Positions 9,791 to 22,724 of a stretch of DNA of 53,077 nt are shown piece by piece. The stretch's first letter is position 1. The number at the start of each line of letters is the position of its first letter. The position numbers were made by a program, and so were the translations under genes. Source of the DNA: an uncultured Sphingomonas sp. (GTDB taxonomy: Bacteria; Pseudomonadota; Alphaproteobacteria; Sphingomonadales; Sphingomonadaceae); assembly GCA_902806295.1 (NCBI GenBank), contig CADCWB010000145.1:1-53077 (forward strand), read 5' to 3'. Under the pieces are notes generated by a model. The model did not search any database. It saw nothing but the letters and a program-made list of their open reading frames with translations, and was not told the origin of the DNA.

Positions 9791-9979
9791 TCAGGCGAGC
9801 TCGACGATGCGGGTGCGGCTGGCGCGGCCACCTTCACGGCCGGCGGCTGCCGCCCGCTCGCGATTGTTGGCGAAGTTGCCGCCCGACGCCTTGCCGCCCT
9901 TGCTGGCGATCTCTTTCTGCTTGTTGGGGTCCATGGCTGCAAAGCCACGCCGCGAACGGCCGCCGTCAGACTGAATCAT
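9791..9979 (-). CDS. KGG-repeat general stress protein (YciG/Con-10/GsiB-like)
   Basis: RRGFAAMDPNKQKEIASKGGKASGGNFANNRERAAAAGREGG. Confidence 0.88.
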   Translation of the reverse strand: MIQSDGGRSRRGFAAMDPNKQKEIASKGGKASGGNFANNRERAAAAGREGGRASRTRIVELA

Positions 9980-10022
9980 TATCGCTCTTCCCTCTCTTGA
10001 TTGTTCATTCGAGCGAAAGGAA

Positions 10023-10047
10023 AACGGAGCGGACAGTACAGCGTTGC
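10023..10047 (-). promoter_or_regulatory. EcfG (sigma-T)-like promoter GCAAC-N16-CGTT
   Basis: Minus strand GCAAC gctgtactgtccgctc CGTT upstream of the KGG gene. Confidence 0.6.
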
Positions 10048-10192
10048 CGATCTTAACCTTGTTTAGGACGATTGTTCGCTGCAGCTAGCGAGCTGTAAAC
10101 AAAGGGTTTGAGACGACAATCCATTGTTCCCCCTCGGCGGTGAAGGGCTCCGAGTTGACGGCGGCGGCGGCGGGCGCGAAGAGCTTCGGCCC

Positions 10193-11715
<1,523 letters not shown>

Positions 11716-11719
<4 letters not shown>

Positions 11720-11943
11720 GTAGCGCCTTGGATTTCACAACTGTCGTTCTAATTCTTGCAGCTGGCGTTTTCCTCTGGGGCACCGTGTCCGGGCTTCTTA
11801 CAGGCAAGAACAACATTGTCGGCGTTGGGCAGAACAGGGCTGATGCACCAGCACGATATTGGACGGTCGTCATGGTTGATGCGGCGCTTGCGAGCGTTCT
11901 GATATGGTATCTGGCATTTGTGCACCAAGGAGGCTTGCTCTGA
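11716..11943 (+). CDS. Small membrane protein (75 aa, two hydrophobic segments) inserted between pccB and mce
   Basis: GTGA overlap with pccB stop, CTGA overlap with mce; visibly more AT-rich than flanks. Confidence 0.6.
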
Positions 11944-12359
11944 AACTCGGACCCTTGAACCATGTCGGGGTGGCGACGCCTTCGATCGAGCGGAGCTTGC
12001 AACTTTACCTCAGCCTGTTCGGCGCCGAGCCGTCCTCGCCGCCGTTCGACCTGCCGGCGCAGGGCGTGCGCGTGTGTTTCGTCGATGCGCCGAATTCGCA
12101 GGTCGAGTTGATCGAGCCACTCGGGCCGGGGTCCCCGATCGCCAAGTTCCTGGAGAAGAACCCGGAGGGTGGGCAGCATCACCTTTGCTTCGAGGTGCCG
12201 GACATCGAGCAGGCGAGGGCGTGGTTCGAGGGGCAGGGCGCGCGGTTGCTGGGGCCGACGCGGATCGGCGCGCATGGGACGCCGATCTTCTTCCTGCACC
12301 CCAAAGACACGGGCGGGGTGCTGACGGAGATTATGGAGTCGCCCAAGCAGGCGCATTAG
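11940..12359 (+). CDS. mce: Methylmalonyl-CoA epimerase (probable CTG start)
   Basis: [51 protein letters not shown]; AGGAGG 6 nt before CTG 11940. Confidence 0.93.
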   Translation: MKLGPLNHVGVATPSIERSLQLYLSLFGAEPSSPPFDLPAQGVRVCFVDAPNSQVELIEPLGPGSPIAKFLEKNPEGGQHHLCFEVPDIEQARAWFEGQGARLLGPTRIGAHGTPIFFLHPKDTGGVLTEIMESPKQAH

Positions 12360-12360
12360 G

Positions 12361-12451
12361 TTTTCACACGAAGGCGCGAGGAGAAGAATATGGCACGAAG
12401 GAGTGCGCTCTTCTTCGCGCCGTCCTTTCTCCTCCGTGCTTTGGTGCGAAA
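12361..12451. repeat. Imperfect intergenic palindrome (REP/MITE-like)
   Basis: ttttcacacgaaggcgcgaggagaa ... ttctcctccgtgctttggtgcgaaaa outer arms, with inner gaagaa...ttcttc pairing. Confidence 0.55.
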
Positions 12452-12495
12452 ATCCAGCCGAATGCGCGCTTCCAAGCGGTCTCTCGTTTAAGGGA

Positions 12496-12519
12496 CTGGA
12501 CCCCGGCTTTCGCCGGGGT
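12496..12519. repeat. REP-like hairpin half-element (ctggaccccggctttcgccggggt)
   Basis: Perfect 8-bp stem accccggc/gccggggt with tttc loop just upstream of the mutase start. Confidence 0.6.
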
Positions 12520-12533
12520 ACAGGATGTGCCCC

Positions 12534-14761
<2,228 letters not shown>

Positions 14762-14765
<4 letters not shown>

Positions 14766-15124
14766 TCAATGAGGAGCAATCGCAGCTTCCTGCCAAGCTG
14801 GAACGCTCGGGCGATTACGACCTCCTGCTGTACGATTATTCCAAGCACCTGCTGTCGCTTGCACGGATCAGCATCGGCGGGGTCATCACGCTGGCGCAAT
14901 CGTCGGTCGGCAAGACGATTCCGACCAGGGATATCGGCGTCGTGGTCATCATCTTGGCACTGAGCGGTGTTGCGGCGCTGTCGTGCACCGCTGCTGTGCT
15001 TCGCGCTCGCAGTGACGGCGCGCCACTAGGCAAAGCCGCGTCCTACATGCATCAGGGCGCGATGGGTTTGCTCGGGGTCGGCTTTGGCTGGTTTCTGATG
15101 AGCTGGCTGAATAATCTATGGTGA
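14762..15124 (+). CDS. Small membrane protein (about 3 hydrophobic segments), paralogue 1
   Basis: ATGA overlap with scpA; [17 protein letters not shown] motif shared with the next gene. Confidence 0.65.
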
Positions 15125-15251
15125 GCGACCGCATCTGCCGAACTTGATCCTGCAAACGGCTTCCAATCCGGTTTGGAAAGGCAAGCGGACCCTCACCAGG
15201 CCTGGGTTTCGCGGCTCGCCATGGATACGCGGCCTAACAGGGGGGAGCGGT

Positions 15252-15591
15252 ATGGAGGACGACGAGACACCACCGGGCCGCGATCCGGAGCGACTGCTGT
15301 ACGACTGTGTTCAAGCATCTCACTTCGCTGTCGCTGCTGACCCTGGGCGGCGTTCTGTCCATTTCTCAAGTCGGTGAGGCGCAGGTCGAGCGATCGAAGC
15401 TCTTGGTCGTGCTGGTGCTGGTGGCCGCGGCTGGGATCATGGCCTTTCATGGAGCCGAAAGGCTGGTGGGCGCTTTGGTCAGCCGCAAGCCCATGCCTCG
15501 CCAAGTCCAATGGATGCAGCGTGCTTCGCCGATTACCCTGACACTTGGGGTTGGCATGTTCATCGGCGTCTTCATGAGCGTGATGGAGTAG
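15252..15591 (+). pseudogene. Small membrane protein paralogue 2, apparent 1-nt frameshift near 15306
   Basis: GGGAG RBS + ATG 15252 gives MEDDETPPGRDPERLLYD; continuation FKHLTSLSLLTLGGVL is in another frame (tac gac t gtg ttc aag cat). Confidence 0.6.
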
Positions 15592-15637
15592 CGGCCCAGC
15601 TTCCTATCTGCGGTTTGGGCGGCTACGCAGCGGCCCT

Positions 15638-17728
15638 ATGTTCTCCAAGATCCTCATCGCCAACCGTGGCGAAATTGCGTGCCGGGTTATCCGAACGGCC
15701 AAGCGTATGGGCATCAAGACCGTCGCGGTTTATTCCGACGCCGACGCCCGCGCTCCCCACGTCCGCATGGCCGATGAGAGCGTTCGGCTCGGGCCGGCGC
15801 CGGCGGCGCAATCCTACCTTGATGCCGAGCTGATCCTCGACGCAGTGCGCGCGACCGGGGCAGAGGCGGTGCATCCAGGTTATGGCTTCCTGTCCGAACG
15901 CGAGAGCTTCGCACTCGCGCTGAAAGAGGCCGGCGTCGCCTTCATCGGCCCGCCGCCACACGCCATCGCCGCCATGGGCGACAAGATCGAGTCCAAGAAG
16001 CTGGCGCGCGACGCAGGGGTGAACGTCGTGCCGGGTTATCTCGGCGACATTGCGACCACCGATGAAGCGGTGACGATCGCGGCCGACATTGGCTTCCCGG
16101 TGATGATGAAGGCCTCTGCCGGCGGCGGCGGCAAGGGCATGCGGCTGGCCTATAGCGAGCAGGACGTGCGCGAGGGCTTCGAGGCGACCAAGCGCGAAGG
16201 CCTCGCCAGCTTCGGCGACGACCGCGTGTTCATCGAGAAGTTCATCGAGGACCCGCGCCACATCGAGATCCAGGTGCTGGGCGATCAGCACGGCACCATC
16301 CTCTACCTGGGCGAGCGCGAATGCTCGATCCAGCGGCGCCACCAGAAGGTGGTGGAGGAAGCGCCCTCCCCGTTCGTCACTCCGGAGATGCGACGCGCGA
16401 TGGGCGAGCAGGCGGTCGCGCTGGCGCGGGCCGTGGGCTACTATAGCGCGGGCACGGTGGAGCTGATCGTCAACGGCGCGGACGCGTCGGGCCAGGGCTT
16501 CTACTTCCTCGAGATGAATACCCGCCTGCAGGTGGAGCATCCGGTGACCGAGGAGGTCACCGGGCTGGACCTGGTCGAGCAGATGATCCGCGTCGCGGCG
16601 GGCGAGAAGCTGGCGTTCGGGCAAGAGGACGTGCGACTCGACGGCTGGTCGATCGAGAACCGAGTGTATGCGGAGGATCCGTATCGGGGGTTCCTGCCGA
16701 GCACGGGGCGGCTGGTGCGGTACCAGCCGCCGGCCACCATCGACGATCTCCGTTCGTCCCGAGCGCAGTCGAGGGGCGCAGACGAGACGGCAGTTCAACG
16801 CCCCTCGACTGCGCTCGGGACGAACGGCGGAGGTGTTTCGGACTCGATAGTGCGCGTCGACGACGGCGTGTTCGAGGGCGGCGAGGTGTCGATGTTCTAC
16901 GACCCGATGATCGCCAAGCTGATCACCTGGGCCCCGACCCGTGAGGCCGCGATCGACGCGCAGGTCGAGGCGCTGGACGCGTTCGACATCCAGGGCATCG
17001 GCCACAACGTCGATTTCCTGTCCGCGCTGATGCAGCACCCGCGCTTCCGCTCGGGCGAGATCACGACGGGCTTCATCGCCGAGGAATACCCGGACGGCTT
17101 CACCGGCGCCCCGACCGACGAGACGCTGACCGCCGACCTGTCGGCCATCGCGGCCTTGATCGGGTCGGTGCATGAGCGGCGGGCGTCATTAATCGACGGG
17201 CAGCTGAACGGGCCGGTGCCGGTGCCGGAGGATCATGTTGTCCGGCTCGACGGTGGGGCTGAGCACCGCGTGCATTTCGAGCTGGACAAGGTGGTGGTGG
17301 ATGGCGCCGAGCCGCAGGTGCTGGAGGCCGAGTATGAGCCCGGCCAACGGCTCGTCCGGGCGCGCGTCGGCTCGCGGCAGCGGACGGTGCTGGTGGCGAA
17401 GGACGGCCGCTCATGGAAGATGACCACGCGGGGCGCCACGCACCGGGTGACGGTGATGACCCCGCTGGTGGCCGAACTCGCGCGGCACATGATCGAGAAG
17501 GTCGCGCCCGACCTGTCCCGCTATCTCCTGGCACCGATGCCCGGTCTGCTGACCCGGCTGGACGTCAAGGCTGGCGACAAAGTCGAGGCCGGCCAGCCGA
17601 TCGCGGTGGTCGAGGCGATGAAGATGGAGAACATCCTCCGCGCGGAGAAAAGCGCGACGGTGAAGGCGACCCCGGTAGGTGCGGGCGAGAGCCTCAGCGT
17701 CGATCAGGTGATCGTGGAGTTCGAGTGA
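15638..17728 (+). CDS. pccA: Propionyl-CoA carboxylase alpha subunit (biotin carboxylase + BCCP) carrying an in-frame insertion
   Basis: KILIANRGEIA, HPGYGFLSE, GGGGKGMR, ECSIQRRHQK, EMNTRLQVEH, biotinylation motif EAMKM. Confidence 0.95.
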   Translation: MFSKILIANRGEIACRVIRTAKRMGIKTVAVYSDADARAPHVRMADESVRLGPAPAAQSYLDAELILDAVRATGAEAVHPGYGFLSERESFALALKEAGVAFIGPPPHAIAAMGDKIESKKLARDAGVNVVPGYLGDIATTDEAVTIAADIGFPVMMKASAGGGGKGMRLAYSEQDVREGFEATKREGLASFGDDRVFIEKFIEDPRHIEIQVLGDQHGTILYLGERECSIQRRHQKVVEEAPSPFVTPEMRRAMGEQAVALARAVGYYSAGTVELIVNGADASGQGFYFLEMNTRLQVEHPVTEEVTGLDLVEQMIRVAAGEKLAFGQEDVRLDGWSIENRVYAEDPYRGFLPSTGRLVRYQPPATIDDLRSSRAQSRGADETAVQRPSTALGTNGGGVSDSIVRVDDGVFEGGEVSMFYDPMIAKLITWAPTREAAIDAQVEALDAFDIQGIGHNVDFLSALMQHPRFRSGEITTGFIAEEYPDGFTGAPTDETLTADLSAIAALIGSVHERRASLIDGQLNGPVPVPEDHVVRLDGGAEHRVHFELDKVVVDGAEPQVLEAEYEPGQRLVRARVGSRQRTVLVAKDGRSWKMTTRGATHRVTVMTPLVAELARHMIEKVAPDLSRYLLAPMPGLLTRLDVKAGDKVEAGQPIAVVEAMKMENILRAEKSATVKATPVGAGESLSVDQVIVEFE
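16750..16827. repeat. 78-nt palindromic element (perfect 29-bp inverted repeat, 20-nt loop) inserted in frame in pccA
   Basis: ccgttcgtcccgagcgcagtcgaggggcg-N20-cgcccctcgactgcgctcgggacgaacgg; encodes RSSRAQSRGADETAVQRPSTALGTNG. Confidence 0.92.
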
Positions 17729-17771
17729 TCGCGCCAACCCGGCGGGAAGAAGACCTAGGTCCGTGTGGGAC

Positions 17772-18533
17772 TCATGCCGTAGTGCCGCCGTCGACCGTTA
17801 CGCAGGCGCCAGTGACGGAGCGGGCATCCGGATGGCAGAGGTAAAGGATTGCGTGGGCAACCTCGTCGGCGGTCACCAGCCGGCCGTTGGCGTTAAGCGC
17901 TGCCAGCGAGGCGCGCGCCTCTTCCGCGCTGCGCTTGGTCACGCGGGCAATGCGCGCGGCGCTGTCGTCCACCATGGGCGTATCGACGAAGGCAGGGCAG
18001 ACGGCGTTCACCGTCAGTCTGGTCTTGGTATATTCGAGCGCCAGGCTCTTGGTCAGCCCGACGGCACCGTGCTTGGACGCGACATAGGGCGCGGCATAGG
18101 CGCCGCCGCGCAGGCCGGCGACGGAAGCGACGATCACCAGCCTTTTGTCCTCGCCCTCGAGCAGGTCGGGGAGGGCGAGCTGTGCCCCGTCGAACAAGGC
18201 GGTGAGATTGGTCGCGATGATCGCGTTCCACGTCTCACGGGGGGTGCGGAGAAAAGGGGCGCTGTCGCCGATCCCGGCGTTCAGGATGACGAGGTCGAGC
18301 GGGCCGTGCTGCGCGCGCGCGGCGGCGAAGCTCTGCTCAAGCACGACGCGGTCCGTGACGTCGCAGGGGAGCGCGAGTCCGCAGATCTCGTTTGCCACGC
18401 TCTCCAGCAGGTCGCCACGCCGGCCGAGCAGAGTCACGCGGGCGCCTTCGCGGGCCAGCGCCCGCGCCGCAGCGGCGCCGATGCCGGTGCCGCCGCCAGT
18501 GATCAGTGCGTGCTTGCCGCTTGCCCAGGCCAT
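17772..18533 (-). CDS. SDR family NAD(P)-dependent oxidoreductase
   Basis: [27 protein letters not shown]; GGAGG RBS. Confidence 0.9.
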   Translation of the reverse strand: MAWASGKHALITGGGTGIGAAAARALAREGARVTLLGRRGDLLESVANEICGLALPCDVTDRVVLEQSFAAARAQHGPLDLVILNAGIGDSAPFLRTPRETWNAIIATNLTALFDGAQLALPDLLEGEDKRLVIVASVAGLRGGAYAAPYVASKHGAVGLTKSLALEYTKTRLTVNAVCPAFVDTPMVDDSAARIARVTKRSAEEARASLAALNANGRLVTADEVAHAILYLCHPDARSVTGACVTVDGGTTA

Positions 18534-18609
18534 GTGGTTCCTCCTTGCGCGAAGCTTGGCCGACGGCATTCCGCGTGGCAAGGCGTCGCCTAGCCAGGAG
18601 ACTTCCCGA

Positions 18610-19722
18610 ATGAAGACCAGAGCCGCCGTTGCGTTCGAGGCCAAGCGTCCGCTGGAGATCGTGGAACTGAACCTTGAAGGTCCGCGGGCAGGCGAGGTGC
18701 TGGTGGAGATCAAGGCCACCGGCATCTGTCACACGGACGCCTACACGCTCGACGGGCTGGACAGCGAGGGCCTGTTCCCCGCGATCCTGGGCCATGAGGG
18801 CGCTGGGATCGTGCAGGAGGTCGGGGCGGGCGTGAACTCCGTCCAGCCCGGCGACCACGTTATCCCGCTCTACACCCCCGAATGCCGCCAGTGTAAGTCC
18901 TGCCTGAGCGGCAAGACCAACCTGTGCACGGCCATTCGCGCAACTCAGGCCAAAGGGGTGATGCCGGACGGCTCCAGCCGCTTCAGCTACCGTGGGCAGC
19001 CGATCTTCCACTACATGGGCTGTTCCACCTTTTCGAATTTCACGGTTCTGCCGGAGATCGCGGTGGCGAAGATCCGCAAGGACGCGCCGTTCCAGTCGAG
19101 TTGCTATATCGGTTGCGGAGTGACCACGGGGGTCGGCGCGGTGGTGAACACCGCCAAGGTCGAGCCCGGCGCCAATGTCGTGGTGTTCGGACTGGGCGGG
19201 ATCGGCCTCAACGTCATTCAAGGCGCGAAGCTGGTCGGAGCGAACCGGATCGTCGGGGTGGACATCAACCCCGACCGGGAAGAATGGGGCCGGCGGTTCG
19301 GCATGACCGACTTTGTGGACGGGCGCGGGCTCGACCGGGAGGCCACCATCGCCGAGGTGCTACGGATCACGGACGGCGGGGCGGATTACAGCTTCGACTG
19401 CACCGGCAACACGGTGGTGATGCGCACCGCGCTCGAATGCTGCCACCGCGGCTGGGGCGAGAGCATCATCATCGGCGTGGCCGAGGCCGGCAAGGAGATC
19501 AGCACCCGCCCGTTCCAGCTGGTCACCGGCAGGGTGTGGAAGGGAACGGCGTTCGGCGGCGCGCGGGGGCGGACCGATGTGCCCAAGATCGTCGATTGGT
19601 ACATGGACGGCAAGATCGCGATCGATCCGATGATTACCCACGTGCTAAGCCTGGATGAGATCAACCGGGGCTTCGACCTGATGCACGCGGGCGAGAGCAT
19701 TCGTTCGGTGGTGGTTTATTGA
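18610..19722 (+). CDS. frmA: S-(hydroxymethyl)glutathione dehydrogenase / class III alcohol dehydrogenase
   Basis: TGICHTD, GHEG, structural Zn [31 protein letters not shown]. Confidence 0.96.
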   Translation: MKTRAAVAFEAKRPLEIVELNLEGPRAGEVLVEIKATGICHTDAYTLDGLDSEGLFPAILGHEGAGIVQEVGAGVNSVQPGDHVIPLYTPECRQCKSCLSGKTNLCTAIRATQAKGVMPDGSSRFSYRGQPIFHYMGCSTFSNFTVLPEIAVAKIRKDAPFQSSCYIGCGVTTGVGAVVNTAKVEPGANVVVFGLGGIGLNVIQGAKLVGANRIVGVDINPDREEWGRRFGMTDFVDGRGLDREATIAEVLRITDGGADYSFDCTGNTVVMRTALECCHRGWGESIIIGVAEAGKEISTRPFQLVTGRVWKGTAFGGARGRTDVPKIVDWYMDGKIAIDPMITHVLSLDEINRGFDLMHAGESIRSVVVY

Positions 19723-19740
19723 CAACGAGGGAGACGCGAT

Positions 19741-20130
19741 TTGTACAGCCACATGATGGTCGGATCGAATGACATCCAGCGGTCCAAGATTTTCTATGAC
19801 GCGATCTTTTCCGCTACCGGCGGCAAGCCGGGCCGGATCGATGACAAGGGCCGCATCATCTATATGAAGGACGGCAATATATTCCTGGTCACGCCGCCGA
19901 TCGACGGCCAGGAGGCGACCCACGGCAATGGTTGCACGATCGGCTTCGCGGTGACTGGGCCGGAGCAGGCTCATGCCTGGCATGAGGCGGGGATCGCCGC
20001 CGGCGGAACTGCGATCGAGGACCCGCCGGGAGTTCGGAGCGGAGCGGGCATGGAGCTCTATCTCGCCTACCTGCGCGATCCCGATGGCAACAAGCTATGT
20101 GCGCTGCACCGGATGCCGGCCGAGGCCTGA
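19741..20130 (+). CDS. VOC (glyoxalase/bleomycin resistance) family protein
   Basis: SHMMVGSND..FYDA, GNGCTIGF, EDPPG.R, YLAYLRDPDGNKL. Confidence 0.88.
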   Translation: MYSHMMVGSNDIQRSKIFYDAIFSATGGKPGRIDDKGRIIYMKDGNIFLVTPPIDGQEATHGNGCTIGFAVTGPEQAHAWHEAGIAAGGTAIEDPPGVRSGAGMELYLAYLRDPDGNKLCALHRMPAEA

Positions 20131-20170
20131 CAGGCTGACCCAAGCCGCTTGATCGTGGGAGCAAACTGCA

Positions 20171-21001
20171 GTGGAGATCAGGTCGGACGCAAAGAGCCAT
20201 GGCGGGCGGCAGCTGATCTGTGCCCACCAGTCGATCGCTACTGGCACGGAAATGGTCTGCTCCCTGTTCCTGCCGCCGCAGGCGGAGGCCGGGCCGGTGC
20301 CGCTGGTGACTTACCTGTCGGGGCTGACCTGCACCCACGCCAATGTGACGGACAAAGGCGAGTACCGGGCCGCGTGTGCCCGGCATGGCTTGGCGTTCCT
20401 GGCGCCCGATACCAGCCCGCGCGGGCCGGGAGTCGCCGACGAGGAGGGTTGGGACATCGGCCTTGGCGCCGGCTTCTACGTCGATGCAACGGAGGCGCCC
20501 TGGTCGGAGCATTACCGCATGTGGAGCTACGTCACGGACGAACTGCCGGCTCTGGTTGCGGCCGAGTTTCCGCTCGACATGTCCCGGCAGGGCATCACGG
20601 GCCATAGCATGGGTGGGCACGGGGCGCTCACGGTCGCGCTCCGCTCGCCTCACAAGTTTCGCAGCGTGTCGGCCTTCGCGCCGATTGTCGCGCCATCGCA
20701 GGTGCCGTGGGGCGAGAAGGCGTTCAGCCGCTACCTCGGGCCGGACCGGACGGCCTGGCAGCGGCACGATGCAGTGGCGTTGATCGAGAGCGGGGCGCGC
20801 CTGCCGGACCTGCTGGTGGACGTGGGCGAGGCGGACCCGTTCCTGGAGCGAGAGCTGCTGCCCCAAATGCTAGAGACAGCTTGCTCAGCGGCGAGCCAGC
20901 CGCTCACTTTGCGACGCCAGACCGGCTACGATCATAGCTACTACTTCATCGCGACCTTCTTGGCGGATCATCTCGCCTGGCACGCCGAGCGGCTGGCCTA
21001 G
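20171..21001 (+). CDS. fghA: S-formylglutathione hydrolase
   Basis: LSGLTC, PDTSPRG, GAGFY, GHSMGG, YDHSYYF. Confidence 0.95.
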   Translation: MEIRSDAKSHGGRQLICAHQSIATGTEMVCSLFLPPQAEAGPVPLVTYLSGLTCTHANVTDKGEYRAACARHGLAFLAPDTSPRGPGVADEEGWDIGLGAGFYVDATEAPWSEHYRMWSYVTDELPALVAAEFPLDMSRQGITGHSMGGHGALTVALRSPHKFRSVSAFAPIVAPSQVPWGEKAFSRYLGPDRTAWQRHDAVALIESGARLPDLLVDVGEADPFLERELLPQMLETACSAASQPLTLRRQTGYDHSYYFIATFLADHLAWHAERLA

Positions 21002-21002
21002 T

Positions 21003-21686
21003 TCAAGCCGTCCAGTGGATGTCGATCGGCTGCTCGGCCTCGGCCAGCAGCCGGCCGATCGGCAGCTTGCTGCTCTGCCCATCGGCGATGGCACCCTCGA
21101 GCAGTTCCTTCCGCTCCTCCCCATCGGCGGTGATGAGGATGGTGCGGGCCGAGAGCAGCGCGGCCCGGGTCAGGGTGACCCGCGGCTCGCCATGGTTCGG
21201 GGTCAGACCAACGGCGCGCCGCGCCTTGGGAGCGTCGAGCGCATTCTGCAAGTCGCGGCTGTCGGCCAACCCGGCCACCTCGCCCGCAGGCCCGACCGTC
21301 AGCCAGACAAGGTCGGGCGGCCAGGGCAGCTCCTGCAGGCGCGCGTCGGCGGCGTTGCCGGCCATCGCCAGATCGCTGTTCGGAGTGCCGAACGGAACCA
21401 CTCGCGCGCCGAGCGGCAGGAAGCGCTGCGCCAGCGCCCGCGCCCGGCTGGTGGGATTGTCCACGGCCACAGGCAGGTCGTCGGTGGCGATCACGGCGAC
21501 CTTTTTCCACGGCAGCTTGGCCTTGGCCAGCTTGTCGAGCACTGCGGCCGGAGCATCGGTCGGCAAGGCAAGCAGCGCTGCATCGCGCGCGTCGATCGCG
21601 CTTTCGACGATGAAGCCGATGTCGCCGGCCACCGCCTCGGCAAACTCGTCGGTATCTCCATAGTCCCAAAACTCGGCTTCGATCAT
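21003..21686 (-). CDS. 6-phosphogluconolactonase-like protein with degenerate active-site motifs
   Basis: MIEAEFWDY..AVAGDIGFI, W.KV....TDD, WPPDLVWL, RVTLT; GGxTP and DGHTAS motifs replaced. Confidence 0.8.
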   Translation of the reverse strand: MIEAEFWDYGDTDEFAEAVAGDIGFIVESAIDARDAALLALPTDAPAAVLDKLAKAKLPWKKVAVIATDDLPVAVDNPTSRARALAQRFLPLGARVVPFGTPNSDLAMAGNAADARLQELPWPPDLVWLTVGPAGEVAGLADSRDLQNALDAPKARRAVGLTPNHGEPRVTLTRAALLSARTILITADGEERKELLEGAIADGQSSKLPIGRLLAEAEQPIDIHWTA

Positions 21687-21814
21687 CGGTTCTCGTTCCT
21701 TTGGGTTGCGGCCGCCTGTTCCTTGTCGGGGCGCAAATGTAAATGCTTGGCCATCGTCCAAACCAGCACGGGCGGTGCGGGTTTCTTTACGCTTGCCGCT
21801 TACAAGCCGCACCC

Positions 21815-22588
21815 ATGACCGACGGTTTCAAGCTTGCGACCCGCGCCGCGTTCCAGGCGATCATTGACCTCCATGACGAGCGGGTGTTCGCCTACGAGGC
21901 ACTGATCCGCGGCGGCGACGGACAGGGCGCTGCCTATGTGCTCGGTCAGGTCAATGCGGAGCAGATGGGCAGCTTCGACCAGTCGTGCCGAGTGACGGCG
22001 ATCCGCGATGCGGCGGCGGCGGGGATCGTCGGGACCGGAGCCAAGCTGTCGATCAACTTCGTGGCTGGCGCGGTGAGCTCGCCTCGGCTGGGGGCGCAAC
22101 TGACGCTCGACACCGCCCGGGAGGTGGGCTTCCCCAGCAATCGCCTGATCTTCGAATATAGCGAGAATGAGCAGGTCGACGCCGAGCATATCCAGGGAAT
22201 CGTCAGCGCCTATCGCGAGCTGGGTTTCACCACGGCGATCGACGACTTCGGCACCGGTCATGCGGGTTTGGCGCGCCTGTCGGTCGTGCATACCGACATG
22301 GTCAAGATCGACATGGATTTGATCCGCGGCATCGATCGCGACAACCGCAAGCGGGCGATCCTAGAAAGCATGGTGCAGCTCATGCGGCGGCTTGGCACCG
22401 AGGTGATCGTGGAGGGCGTCGAGACCGAAGAAGAGCTGGCGGTGCTGCGGCTGTTCGGCGTCCGCTATGTGCAAGGATATCTGTTCGGCAAGCCCACCCT
22501 GGGTGCGCTGCCGTCGTATCCGGACCGGCTGCGCCGCGCCGGAGTGGCCCATCGGCATCGGCCTGGGACCACGCGAGCGGCAATCTGA
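21815..22588 (+). CDS. Stand-alone EAL-domain c-di-GMP phosphodiesterase
   Basis: YEALIR, SINF, IFE, DDFGTG, KID, EGVE, QGY. Confidence 0.9.
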   Translation: MTDGFKLATRAAFQAIIDLHDERVFAYEALIRGGDGQGAAYVLGQVNAEQMGSFDQSCRVTAIRDAAAAGIVGTGAKLSINFVAGAVSSPRLGAQLTLDTAREVGFPSNRLIFEYSENEQVDAEHIQGIVSAYRELGFTTAIDDFGTGHAGLARLSVVHTDMVKIDMDLIRGIDRDNRKRAILESMVQLMRRLGTEVIVEGVETEEELAVLRLFGVRYVQGYLFGKPTLGALPSYPDRLRRAGVAHRHRPGTTRAAI

Positions 22589-22610
22589 GCCTTCTTCATC
22601 GATACGCCGG

Positions 22611-22685
22611 TGGTGACCCCTACGGGATTCGAACCCGTATTTCAGCCGTGAAAGGGCCGCGTCCTAACCCTTAGACGAAGGGGCC
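22611..22685 (-). tRNA. tRNA-Glu (anticodon UUC)
   Basis: GGCCCCT/AGGGGTC acceptor stem, anticodon arm cggcc-ctTTCac-ggctg, GGTTCGAATCC T-arm, encoded CCA. Confidence 0.96.
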
Positions 22686-22724
22686 GTGAGGCTGGCGGGC
22701 GATTAGGCGAACCGCTGGAAAGGG

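Noticed and set aside
10160-10173. (GGC)n run in the putative pccB promoter spacer as a phase-variation tract
   Set aside because: Fewer than five units in very GC-rich DNA; likely chance.
12360-12533. Cobalamin riboswitch upstream of the B12-dependent mutase
   Set aside because: I could not identify the conserved B12-box or core motifs, and the region is explained by palindromic repeats. An Rfam scan would settle it.
18145-18609. Long N-terminal extensions in the ORF track (frmA, recJ, ydbT-like, SIMPL, pyk, phasin, mnmA)
   Set aside because: Most overlap neighbouring genes or promoters; family-typical N-termini start at downstream codons.
21003-22685. Possible genomic island integrated at tRNA-Glu
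   Set aside because: No integrase, no duplicated tRNA 3' end seen, and the neighbouring genes look native in composition.
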